64,000 bases of DNA from NCBI GenBank assembly GCA_023250955.1, contig JAHEZQ010000022.1, positions 4,958-68,957 of the forward strand, given 5' to 3'. The position numbers and the translations under genes were made by a program. Each line of letters starts with the position of its first letter. Within the stretch, counting starts at the first letter, position 1. Of this stretch, positions 1 to 8,004 are shown in pieces. Source of the DNA: Melioribacter sp. Lineage in GTDB: Bacteria > Bacteroidota > Ignavibacteria > Ignavibacteriales > Melioribacteraceae. The notes under the pieces were generated by a model. That model was not told the DNA's origin and ran no database searches. It saw only the letters and a program-made list of their open reading frames with translations.

Positions 1-397
1 TTGAATTATTCTTACTAAAAATAATTATCCATTTTTTTTCACCTGGAATAAAATGGAGTCCGTATTTACCGGCAGGTAAATTATTGCCTTCAACAGTAAC
101 GTCTTTACTAAATTCAATTGTGGTATTTTCGTTAGCACCGCCTCTCCACGGGAAAGGATTATTGTTTGAATATTTATTGCCGGGGGCTAAACCGTATGGA
201 ACAAGATCGCCCCAAATTTTTCTTCCTTTAACACCGGGCCTGCTGTAAATGATTGTAATGTCGTTGTCAACACCAATTCTTTGAGAAACGCTTGCTTTAA
301 GACTCTGTCTTGGTTTATTATCTTGTTGAGCAATTGTTGTAACTGAAAGAATTAATAGGAGTGAAATAACTGAGGTAAAGCATTTATTAAGTTTCAT
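1..397 (-). CDS. DUF2911-like secreted protein, 3' end cut by window edge
   Basis: Own reverse-strand translation from ATG at 397-395: MKLNKCFTSVISLLLILSVTTIAQQ (signal peptide) ...IIYSRPGVKGRKIWGDLVPYG...PWRGGANENTTIEF...LPAGKYGLHFIP. The frame stays open to position 1, so it is absent from the ORF track. The motif pattern matches my recollection of DUF2911. Confidence 0.55.
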   Translation of the reverse strand, partial: MKLNKCFTSVISLLLILSVTTIAQQDNKPRQSLKASVSQRIGVDNDITIIYSRPGVKGRKIWGDLVPYGLAPGNKYSNNNPFPWRGGANENTTIEFSKDVTVEGNNLPAGKYGLHFIPGEKKWIIIFSKNNS

Positions 398-662
398 CTT
401 TTGTCCTTTATTTTTTTTGACGTATTGAATTTATTAGTTTTTTGAGTCAAACAAAATGAGTTTATCTGGTAGTATAAAATACTTTTTTACCCTTTTACTT
501 ATAATAATTATTATTTAAGCTACTTTATAATACCAAAAGTACCCATTATAATTCAATAAGATTACTTTATTATTCCAACATCTTCAATTTGATATTTATA
601 TATAGTAACTTTGATTATTGTAAGTCAAAACTTCAATTAAAATTAAATTAAAGAGTCTAAAA

Positions 663-1838
663 ATGAAAAAAGTTGTAATAACACATGCAAAAAGAACGGC
701 AATCGGATCATTTAATGGATCATTAAACAGCTTTAGTGCTCAGCAATTGGGAAGTATTGTAATTAAATCACTTTTAGATGAATCAAAAATAGATTCATCG
801 AAAATTGATGAAGTAATTATGGGCAATGTATTAACTGCGGGATTAGGGCAAGCTCCTGCACGCCAAGCCGCATTGTTCGCGGGTCTTCCTGAGAGGACAG
901 AGTGTTTAACAATCAATAAAATGTGCGGCAGCGGATTGAAAGCCGTTATGCTTGCTCATCAAGCAATAATGTGCGGAGATGCGGATGTAATTATAGCAGG
1001 CGGACAGGAAAGTATGTCTAATGCGCCATACATTTTACAAAATGCACGGAATGGATATCGTTTGGGTAACTCATCAATTTATGACACAATACTTGTAGAT
1101 GGTCTAACGGATGTGTACAACAATATTCACATGGGTAATTGTGCAGAGGCAAGCGCGAAAGAATTTAACTTCACAAGAAAAGATTTGGATGATTATGCAA
1201 TTCAGTCGTACCAACGAACGTTGAATGCTCAGAAAGAAGGAAAATTTGATGAAGAGATAGTTGGAGTAAAAGTAAAGACTAAAAGTGGAGAAATAATTGT
1301 AACTAAAGATGAAGAACCGGAAAAAGTAAATTTTGAAAAGATACCTACACTACGTCCTGCATTTGATAAGAATGGTGTCGTAACTGCCGCCAATGCCTCC
1401 AAAATAAATGATGGGGCCGCAGCAGTTTTGATAATGAGTGAAGAAAAAGCAAAAGAACTTGGATTCAAACCGATGGTGGAAATTATTTCACAAAGCTCTG
1501 CAGCAAAAGCACCGGTACAATTTACAACAGCTCCTGCAGATGCAATTAATAAAGCATTAGCAAAAGCAAATCTGAAACATTCGGATATTGATCTGTATGA
1601 AATTAACGAAGCATTTGCAGTTGTTAGTTTAGCGGTTAATAAATTAGTTGGACTCAGCACAGATAATGTAAATGTTAACGGCGGCGCAATTGCATTAGGA
1701 CATCCGATTGGTGCAAGCGGTGCAAGAATTTTAACAACTCTTCTTTATGAAATGAAAAGAAGAAATTCAAAATACGGATTAGCATCTCTGTGTATTGGAG
1801 GAGGCGAAGCTTCTGCCCTGATTGTAAAGAGTTTCTGA
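663..1838 (+). CDS. acetyl-CoA C-acetyltransferase (thiolase II)
   Basis: 391 aa. Thiolase signatures NKMCGSGLKA (acyl-Cys), GHPIGASGARIL and CIGGGEA. Confidence 0.9.
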   Translation: MKKVVITHAKRTAIGSFNGSLNSFSAQQLGSIVIKSLLDESKIDSSKIDEVIMGNVLTAGLGQAPARQAALFAGLPERTECLTINKMCGSGLKAVMLAHQAIMCGDADVIIAGGQESMSNAPYILQNARNGYRLGNSSIYDTILVDGLTDVYNNIHMGNCAEASAKEFNFTRKDLDDYAIQSYQRTLNAQKEGKFDEEIVGVKVKTKSGEIIVTKDEEPEKVNFEKIPTLRPAFDKNGVVTAANASKINDGAAAVLIMSEEKAKELGFKPMVEIISQSSAAKAPVQFTTAPADAINKALAKANLKHSDIDLYEINEAFAVVSLAVNKLVGLSTDNVNVNGGAIALGHPIGASGARILTTLLYEMKRRNSKYGLASLCIGGGEASALIVKSF

Positions 1839-1867
1839 TAATAAAAATTTGTCAATTATAATATTGT

Positions 1868-3409
1868 ATGAAAGATAAAAATGTAATGGAAAAACCAGTT
1901 GATTGTATTTTAGTAATATTTGGTGCATCTGGAGATCTTACCAACCGGAAATTAATTCCGGCAATTTTTGAATTGCAAAACCAAAATCTTCTTCCTAATA
2001 AATTTGTTGTTCTCGGTGTAGGAAGAACAGAAATGACCGATGATAGTTTCCGAAAAAAAATGGAAGAAGGTGTAAGGAATTTTTCCAGCGAAAAAGATTT
2101 TAACAATGATACTCTTCAACAATTCATTAAAAAGTTAAACTATGTTTCGATCAATACGGAGAATGTTTCCGATTTTGAAATATTAAAAAGAAAGTTAGAG
2201 TCACTTAATCTTGATCATCAAATAGGTGGGAATTATTTATTCTATCTTGCAACTCCGCCGATTTTGTATGAACAAATTGCCGAGAATCTTGGTGCGGTCG
2301 GACTTCAAAAAGAAGGTGATGGATTTAGAAGGCTAATTCTTGAAAAACCTTTTGGTTATGATCTAACATCTGCAATAAAATTAAATCTAAAATTACACGA
2401 ATCATTTAACGAAGAACAGATTTACAGAATAGATCATTATTTGGGAAAAGAAACTGTACAAAATCTATTAGTTACAAGATTTGCGAATGGAATATTTGAA
2501 CCGCTCTGGAATAGGAATTATGTTCAGCATGTCGAGATAACTTCCGCAGAAAGTATCGGAGTTGAAAACCGGGGCGGATATTATGATTCTGCTGGCGCTC
2601 TTCGTGATATGGTTCAGAATCATTTATTGCAGATGGTCGGCTTAACTGCTATGGAACCACCTTCAACTTTTGATTCAAACTCAATTCGAAATGAAACATT
2701 AAAAATTTTTCAATCACTCCGTCCTTTTAAGGAAGAAGATATTGATAAATATGTTATTCGCGGTCAATATATTTCTTCAAAAGTAAAAGGTGAAAATATT
2801 ACCGGATACAGAAACGAAAAGGGAGTTAATCCCAAATCCCGGACAGAAACATTTGTAGCAATAAAATTTTATATTGATAATTGGAGATGGGGCGGAGTAC
2901 CGTTCTATATCCGCGCTGGCAAAAGACTTCCCACACGTGTTACGGAAATTGTAATTCATTTCAAACCAACTCCGCATTATTTGTTCTCACTGGAAGAACA
3001 AGATAATTCAAGTAATCAACTTATAATTCGTATTCAACCGGATGAAGGAATTCTATTAAAGTTTGGAATGAAAGTACCCGGTGCAGGTTTCAAAGTAAAA
3101 AATGTAAATATGGATTTTCACTATTCCGATTTATCAAATGTTCATGTTCCCGGTGCATACGAAAGACTTCTTTATGATGCGATGGTTGGTGATTCAACTT
3201 TATATACCAGAGCAGATGCAGTTGAAGCTGCCTGGAAATTTGTTGAACCGATTCAAAAAGCATGGGAGAATAATCATAACATAAAAATCCACGGATACCC
3301 GGCCGGAACATGGGGCCCGGATATTGCTGATGACCTTATTAAGGAAGATAAGACGTGGCGTTATCCATGTAAAAATCTAGCCGATGATGGAAATTATTGT
3401 GAGCTTTAA
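1868..3409 (+). CDS. zwf: glucose-6-phosphate 1-dehydrogenase
   Basis: 513 aa. FGASGDLT dinucleotide loop and RIDHYLGKE active-site motif. Followed by pgl. Confidence 0.92.
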   Translation: MKDKNVMEKPVDCILVIFGASGDLTNRKLIPAIFELQNQNLLPNKFVVLGVGRTEMTDDSFRKKMEEGVRNFSSEKDFNNDTLQQFIKKLNYVSINTENVSDFEILKRKLESLNLDHQIGGNYLFYLATPPILYEQIAENLGAVGLQKEGDGFRRLILEKPFGYDLTSAIKLNLKLHESFNEEQIYRIDHYLGKETVQNLLVTRFANGIFEPLWNRNYVQHVEITSAESIGVENRGGYYDSAGALRDMVQNHLLQMVGLTAMEPPSTFDSNSIRNETLKIFQSLRPFKEEDIDKYVIRGQYISSKVKGENITGYRNEKGVNPKSRTETFVAIKFYIDNWRWGGVPFYIRAGKRLPTRVTEIVIHFKPTPHYLFSLEEQDNSSNQLIIRIQPDEGILLKFGMKVPGAGFKVKNVNMDFHYSDLSNVHVPGAYERLLYDAMVGDSTLYTRADAVEAAWKFVEPIQKAWENNHNIKIHGYPAGTWGPDIADDLIKEDKTWRYPCKNLADDGNYCEL

Positions 3410-3443
3410 TACTTTCGAATTACTTTACTAACTTTTACAATTA

Positions 3444-4181
3444 ATGACTTCTATAAACCCAGAAATAAAAATATTTTCTACTACGGAAAGCGCTGCTGAA
3501 GGTTTAGCTGAAGTCTTTTTTAATTTGAGTGATGATTATTATCTCAACAACAAAAAATTATTTGTAGCTATTTCGGGCGGTAATACCCCCCAAATTTTTT
3601 TTAACAAACTCGTTGAAAAATATAAAGAGAAGATCCACTGGAACAATATTTGTTTTTTTTGGGTGGATGAGAGATGTGTAGCACCAACCGACAACGACAG
3701 CAATTACGGAATGACAAAACAATATCTCTTTGACAAAATTCAAATACCCGCCGAAAACATATTCAGAATTCAAGGTGAAAACAATCCATTGAAAGAAGCT
3801 GTGCGGTACTCTTCAGTTATAAAAAAATATGTTCCGGAAAGAAATAACTTACCATCATTTGATTTAACAATACTTGGAATGGGAGGCGATGGACATACTG
3901 CATCAATATTCCCGGATCAACTTCACTTGCTCAAGTCAGATAAGATTTGTGAGACAGCAATTCACCCAATTACATTTCAGAAACGGATAACACTTACCGG
4001 GACAACCATTAATAACTCATCTCAAATTATATTTTTTGTAACCGGCGAAAACAAATCAAAAATATTAGCCGACATTTTAAGTTTATCTGAAAATTCAAAA
4101 TTATTTCCGGCAGCGTACATTAAACCGATTGATGGTAATTTAAGCTGGTATTTAGATAAAGATTCGGCTTCCAATCTTTAA
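3444..4181 (+). CDS. pgl: 6-phosphogluconolactonase
   Basis: 245 aa. SGGNTP and GMGGDGHTASIFP motifs. Directly downstream of zwf. Confidence 0.85.
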   Translation: MTSINPEIKIFSTTESAAEGLAEVFFNLSDDYYLNNKKLFVAISGGNTPQIFFNKLVEKYKEKIHWNNICFFWVDERCVAPTDNDSNYGMTKQYLFDKIQIPAENIFRIQGENNPLKEAVRYSSVIKKYVPERNNLPSFDLTILGMGGDGHTASIFPDQLHLLKSDKICETAIHPITFQKRITLTGTTINNSSQIIFFVTGENKSKILADILSLSENSKLFPAAYIKPIDGNLSWYLDKDSASNL

Positions 4182-4195
4182 TAAAGGAGAGATTC

Positions 4196-4540
4196 ATGGA
4201 AAATCAATTTGGAGTAACCGGATTTATATTTAACAATGATCACCAATGGGAAAAATTTGGTGAAGGAATAAGAAGAAAAATATTGGGTTATGAAAAAAAT
4301 ATTATGCTTGTAGCTGTTGAATTTAAGAAGGACGCTGCAGCAAACATTCATAAACACCCACACACACAAATTAGTCATATAGTAAGAGGATCGTTTGAGG
4401 TCACAATAAATGACGAAAAGAGAATTATGAAAGCAGGCGATGTATTTCTTGTGCTGCCAAATCTTGATCACGGTGTTACTGCACTAGAAGAAAGTATGTT
4501 AGTTGATGTGTTTACACCTTACAGGGAAGATTTTGTTTGA
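4196..4540 (+). CDS. cupin domain protein
   Basis: 114 aa. HKHPHTQISHIV...G...LPNLDHGV resembles the two-motif cupin metal site. RBS AAGGAGA lies upstream. Confidence 0.6.
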   Translation: MENQFGVTGFIFNNDHQWEKFGEGIRRKILGYEKNIMLVAVEFKKDAAANIHKHPHTQISHIVRGSFEVTINDEKRIMKAGDVFLVLPNLDHGVTALEESMLVDVFTPYREDFV

Positions 4541-4544
4541 TTTT

Positions 4545-4835
4545 TCATTTCCTTAGTTGATCTGATATTGTATCAATCCTATCTACAATTCCCACAATTA
4601 TACTTCTTAACGGCTCACGATTTTTTAATTCAAGTATATCCATCGTACTTCTTCCTTCAGACATAACAAGTACTGTATCTCCTTCACCTGCACGTACAGT
4701 ATCTATCGCAACCATTGTTCCTGATTTAAATTTGCCGTCAGGTGAGATTGGTCTGACGATCATAATTTTTTTGTTTCTATATGAATCGTGTTTAATTGTA
4801 GAAACAATACTTCCAATTACTTTACAGAGAATCAT
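4545..4835 (-). CDS. EutN/CcmL-family microcompartment vertex (BMC-P) protein, paralog 3
   Basis: 96 aa. MILCKVIGSIVST...VAIDTVRAGEGDTVLVMSEG...IVGIVDRID matches the EutN/CcmL pattern. Its start overlaps the upstream paralog by 4 nt. Confidence 0.8.
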   Translation of the reverse strand: MILCKVIGSIVSTIKHDSYRNKKIMIVRPISPDGKFKSGTMVAIDTVRAGEGDTVLVMSEGRSTMDILELKNREPLRSIIVGIVDRIDTISDQLRK

Positions 4836-5110
4836 AATTTTTTTAAATCCATTCTATCAACCAATCCGACAATTGTAACGTCGCTTGGTATTTGTTTATC
4901 AGGGAAAGCTAAAGTTGCTTCTCCGCCGCCAACCCAGTAAACTAAATCACCTTCGCGGGAGCTAACTGTATCAACAGCAACTTGCGCCATACCGATTGGA
5001 TTTTCATCTTCATCAACGGGCTGAAGAATGTATAATGTGCAATTATTCAGTTTAGGATCTTTTACTGTTGCCCAGACTTTTCCTTGAATTCTACCGAGTT
5101 TCATAATCAC
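4832..5110 (-). CDS. EutN/CcmL-family BMC-P protein, paralog 2
   Basis: 92 aa. KLGRIQGKVWATVK...VAVDTVSSREGDLVYWVGG...IVGLVDRMD. Abuts paralog 1. Confidence 0.8.
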   Translation of the reverse strand: MIMKLGRIQGKVWATVKDPKLNNCTLYILQPVDEDENPIGMAQVAVDTVSSREGDLVYWVGGGEATLAFPDKQIPSDVTIVGLVDRMDLKKL

Positions 5111-5401
5111 TCAACTTTTTCTAAAAACTACTTTGCCTTTAAATTCTACCGAATCTACAATTGCAACGATACTCGAATCGGTTGGAACATTTGTAAGTTT
5201 CTCCGCTTGCCGTGCGGAACTTCCGCGAACAACAATAACTACTTCACCTTCTCCTGCGCCAACTGCATCAACCGCTACAACATAATTATTTGATGAACTC
5301 ATATCCGGGTTAATTAGATTAAGTAAAAGCAATTTGTAGCCGAGAAGTTTTTCCGATTTAGCAGTGGAGACAATTGTTCCTTCGACTTTTGCCAATTCCA
5401 T
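5111..5401 (-). CDS. EutN/CcmL-family BMC-P protein, paralog 1
   Basis: The ORF track gives 5111..5449. I prefer the internal ATG at 5401 (MELAKVEGTIVSTAKS...), which has GGTGA 5 nt upstream and gives the usual ~96 aa length. AVDAVGAGEGEVVIVVRGSSARQA closely resembles E. coli EutN. Confidence 0.8.
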   Translation of the reverse strand: MELAKVEGTIVSTAKSEKLLGYKLLLLNLINPDMSSSNNYVVAVDAVGAGEGEVVIVVRGSSARQAEKLTNVPTDSSIVAIVDSVEFKGKVVFRKS

Positions 5402-5614
5402 TATTTCACCGTTAATTTTTCTATCTATAATTAACTTTTTCCGATACAAAACTCAATTGTTTTGTTAACAATGAAATTCTAATGTCAAATTATATAAGAT
5501 AATCGGTTCGTAAAATTTTTGAACAAACCATTTGAATTTATAATCAAGTATAGCTTAATTTATTCTTAGGATTGGCTAGTTAATCGATTATTGTTCAACG
5601 GATGTCGGTAAAGT

Positions 5615-6448
5615 ATGCTGGTATTTTATAATGGTAAAATTTTAGATCTGGAAAGTGTAGCAATTTCTCCTTTTGACAGAGCATTTCAATTTGGGGACGG
5701 GGTATACGAGGTAATTAGATATTATCCATCAGAATTTTTCAAATCCGAGTTACATATAAATCGTTTGAAAAACAGTTTAAAAGAAGTCGGAATTCCTTAT
5801 AACAATTGCGATAGTATCGAATCAAATTTGAATGAACTTATAAAACTGAATAATCTTACTGATGAAGTTTCGATTGGCTATATACAAATTTCCAGAGGGT
5901 ATCATATTCCACGCAGACATTATTTCGATGATGGAATGGAACCGACAGTATTTATGTACGTGGAAAAATATCCGGCAAGACTAGAAGAAATGACAAATGG
6001 CGTTAAGATTGGTTTGGAAGAAGATATTAGATGGCTGCGTTGTAATATTAAAGCAACTTCACTTCTTGCAAATATTTTAACAAGAAACAAAGCAGTTAGA
6101 AAAGAACTTTCGGAAATTGTCTGGCACAGAAATGGAATTATTACGGAAGGAACACAGACAAATATCTTCTTTGTAAAAAACGGAGAATTATTTACTCCTC
6201 TGCTAAGTAATTTTATTTTACCCGGAGTTACTAGAAGAGTTGTTCTTGATTTATGCGGCAAAAATGGAATTCCTTTTACTGAAAGGAACATTACTATTGA
6301 TGAGTTAACAAAATCCGATGAAATATTTTTAACCAGTACCACAGCGGAAGTAACACCTGTAATTGAAATTGAAGGAACGAATGTTAAAGATTTGAAACCC
6401 GGTCCAATCAGCAGAATATTGCAGAAAGAGTACAGTAAATTATATTAG
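5615..6448 (+). CDS. dat: D-amino-acid (class IV) aminotransferase
   Basis: 277 aa. RWLRCNIKATSLL (PLP-Lys region as in Bacillus D-amino-acid transaminase) and EGTQTNIF. A branched-chain aminotransferase is not fully excluded. Confidence 0.7.
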   Translation: MLVFYNGKILDLESVAISPFDRAFQFGDGVYEVIRYYPSEFFKSELHINRLKNSLKEVGIPYNNCDSIESNLNELIKLNNLTDEVSIGYIQISRGYHIPRRHYFDDGMEPTVFMYVEKYPARLEEMTNGVKIGLEEDIRWLRCNIKATSLLANILTRNKAVRKELSEIVWHRNGIITEGTQTNIFFVKNGELFTPLLSNFILPGVTRRVVLDLCGKNGIPFTERNITIDELTKSDEIFLTSTTAEVTPVIEIEGTNVKDLKPGPISRILQKEYSKLY

Positions 6449-6470
6449 TAATAAATTTATCCGGCAGAAT

Positions 6471-7085
6471 ATGATAAAAAAAGAATGGATGTTTCTAAAA
6501 CAATTTAAGAAACCGTTTGATATACAAACCTACCTTAATGATTTAAAATACAATTCGGAATATGTAACAAAATCCCCAAGAAAAGTTTTTAAAGAAAAAA
6601 CTGCAAACTGTTTTGAAGGAGCTCTGTTTGCAGCGGCAGTATTAAGAACAATGGGGCATAAACCGCTTATAGTAGATATTGTTGCTGAAAATGATGATGA
6701 CCATGTAATTGCAATTTATAAACAGAATAATTGTTTCGGCGCGGTTGCGAAATCAAACACAACACTTTTGCGTTTTAGAGAGCCTGTTTACCGTAATTTG
6801 CGGGAATTAATAATGTCTTACTTCGATTTTTATTTTAACACTATAGGTGAAAAATCTTTGCGCACGTATTCTAATTCGGTTAATCTTTCCAAGTTTGATA
6901 AATACAATTGGATGACAACCGATGATGACTTGGAATTTATCGGAGATTATCTATATACAATTAAGCATCATAAGATTTTAGATTCAAAATCAGTACGTTT
7001 ATTAAACACAGCAGATAAAGAAATTGTTGATCTATGTTTCAGCGGATCAATCGAAGAAGGATTGTTTAAACCCAAGAAGAAATAG
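6471..7085 (+). CDS. hypothetical protein with transglutaminase-like Cys-His core
   Basis: 204 aa. ANCFEGALFAAAVLRTMGHKPLIV followed by DDHVIAIY resembles the transglutaminase-like cysteine protease core. By-eye motif only. Confidence 0.45.
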   Translation: MIKKEWMFLKQFKKPFDIQTYLNDLKYNSEYVTKSPRKVFKEKTANCFEGALFAAAVLRTMGHKPLIVDIVAENDDDHVIAIYKQNNCFGAVAKSNTTLLRFREPVYRNLRELIMSYFDFYFNTIGEKSLRTYSNSVNLSKFDKYNWMTTDDDLEFIGDYLYTIKHHKILDSKSVRLLNTADKEIVDLCFSGSIEEGLFKPKKK

Positions 7086-7088
7086 TAA

Positions 7089-7550
7089 ATGGCAAACACA
7101 TATTCACAAATGTACATACAGATTATATTTTCAGTTAAAGGAAGAGTTAATCTAATCCGTAAAGAATTTCGAGATGAATTATACAAATACATTGCCGGTA
7201 TAATTAAAAACGAAAAACAAAAATTACTAGCCATTGGCGGTACCGGTGATCATATACATATTTTTATATCTTTGAATCCTGATAAAAAATTAGCAGATCT
7301 AGTCAGAGTGATAAAATCAAATTCTAGTAAATTCATTAATGAGAAAAAATATATAAGAGGAAAATTTAACTGGCAGGAAGGTTACGGTGCATTTTCATAT
7401 GCGCATTCACAAAAGGAAACTGTGATTAATTATGTTTTGAATCAAGAGAAGCATCACGCTAAAAAGACGTTTAAAGAAGAGTATTATAAATTGCTAAAAC
7501 TTTTTGAAATTGGATTTGATGAAAAATATTTATTTGATTGGATCGATTGA
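7089..7550 (+). CDS. IS200/IS605-family Y1 (HUH) transposase-like protein, RAYT type
   Basis: 153 aa. HUH motif in HIHIFISL and C-terminal Tyr region INYVLNQEKHH. Single gene without tnpB. Followed immediately by a REP-like hairpin array. Confidence 0.8.
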   Translation: MANTYSQMYIQIIFSVKGRVNLIRKEFRDELYKYIAGIIKNEKQKLLAIGGTGDHIHIFISLNPDKKLADLVRVIKSNSSKFINEKKYIRGKFNWQEGYGAFSYAHSQKETVINYVLNQEKHHAKKTFKEEYYKLLKLFEIGFDEKYLFDWID

Positions 7551-7557
7551 ATTTTAT

Positions 7558-7952
7558 GCCGCTCCTACGGAGCTGATGTTTTATATGTTATGTTTTGTTA
7601 TCTAGATTTCGCCCCTACGGGGCTAAATGAATAAAGATTAATTAATCTATAGTCAGTGCCTTTAGGCACGACATATTGGTAGAGCCTTTAGGCACGACAT
7701 ATTGGTAGAGCCTTTAGGCACGACATATTGGTAGTGCCATAGGCATGAAATATTGGTAGTGCCATAGGCATGAAATATTGGTAGAGCCTGTAAGCACGAA
7801 AAATTGGTAATGCCGTAGACACGAAATATTGGTAGTACCGTAAGCACGAAAAATTGGTAGTGTCGTTGACATGAAATATTGGTATTACCGTAGGCACGAC
7901 ATATTGATAATAAGGTAGTCATGGCATTTAAATAGCTCCGTTAGGAGCGGCA
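7558..7952. repeat. REP-like hairpin region downstream of the RAYT-like gene
   Basis: Short GC hairpins GCTCCTACGGAGC (7562-7574), GCCCCTACGGGGC (7611-7623) and GCTCCGTTAGGAGC (7935-7948). The outermost 18-19 nt (7558-7575 tgccgctcctacggagct and 7934-7952 agctccgttaggagcggca) are reverse complements apart from one loop base, and they bracket the tandem array. Confidence 0.8.
7656..7909. repeat. tandem array of ten 25-26 bp hairpin-containing units
   Basis: Unit starts at 7656, 7682, 7708, 7734, 7759, 7784, 7810, 7835, 7860 and 7885. Consensus is GTGCC-(T)TTA/ATA/GTA-GGCAC GA(C/A)ATATTGGTA. Each unit has a 4-5 bp stem and the units abut with no spacers. Confidence 0.9.
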
Positions 7953-8004
7953 TAAGTTTGTTAAATCTTAATTAAAATATTTAATATTCATAAGGAACAA
8001 TTCT

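Noticed and set aside
1229-1660. Antisense or overlapping ORFs inside well-supported genes (e.g. 1229..1660, 5920..6342, 12781..13251, 24421..24780, 42405..42737, 44282..44602, 54093..54739 set)
   Set aside because: Each lies opposite to or out of frame with a gene that has clear family motifs. Their compositions are low-complexity and no RBS is present. These are typical shadow ORFs.
4545-5449. A complete bacterial microcompartment locus
   Set aside because: Only pentamer-type genes are present. No BMC-H/T shell or signature enzyme gene lies in the window.
7656-7909. Possible CRISPR array (regular 25-26 bp repeats)
   Set aside because: The units abut directly with no unique spacers, the period equals the repeat length, no cas genes are nearby, and each unit is a small hairpin next to a RAYT-like gene. 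This is a tandem REP-like repeat, not CRISPR.
7662-7922. ORF-track entries 7662..7922 and 7688..7897 (minus strand, 86 and 69 aa)
   Set aside because: Their peptides are periodic translations of the tandem DNA repeat (ALPIFRAYG..., TTNFSCL...). There is no RBS or independent coding signal.
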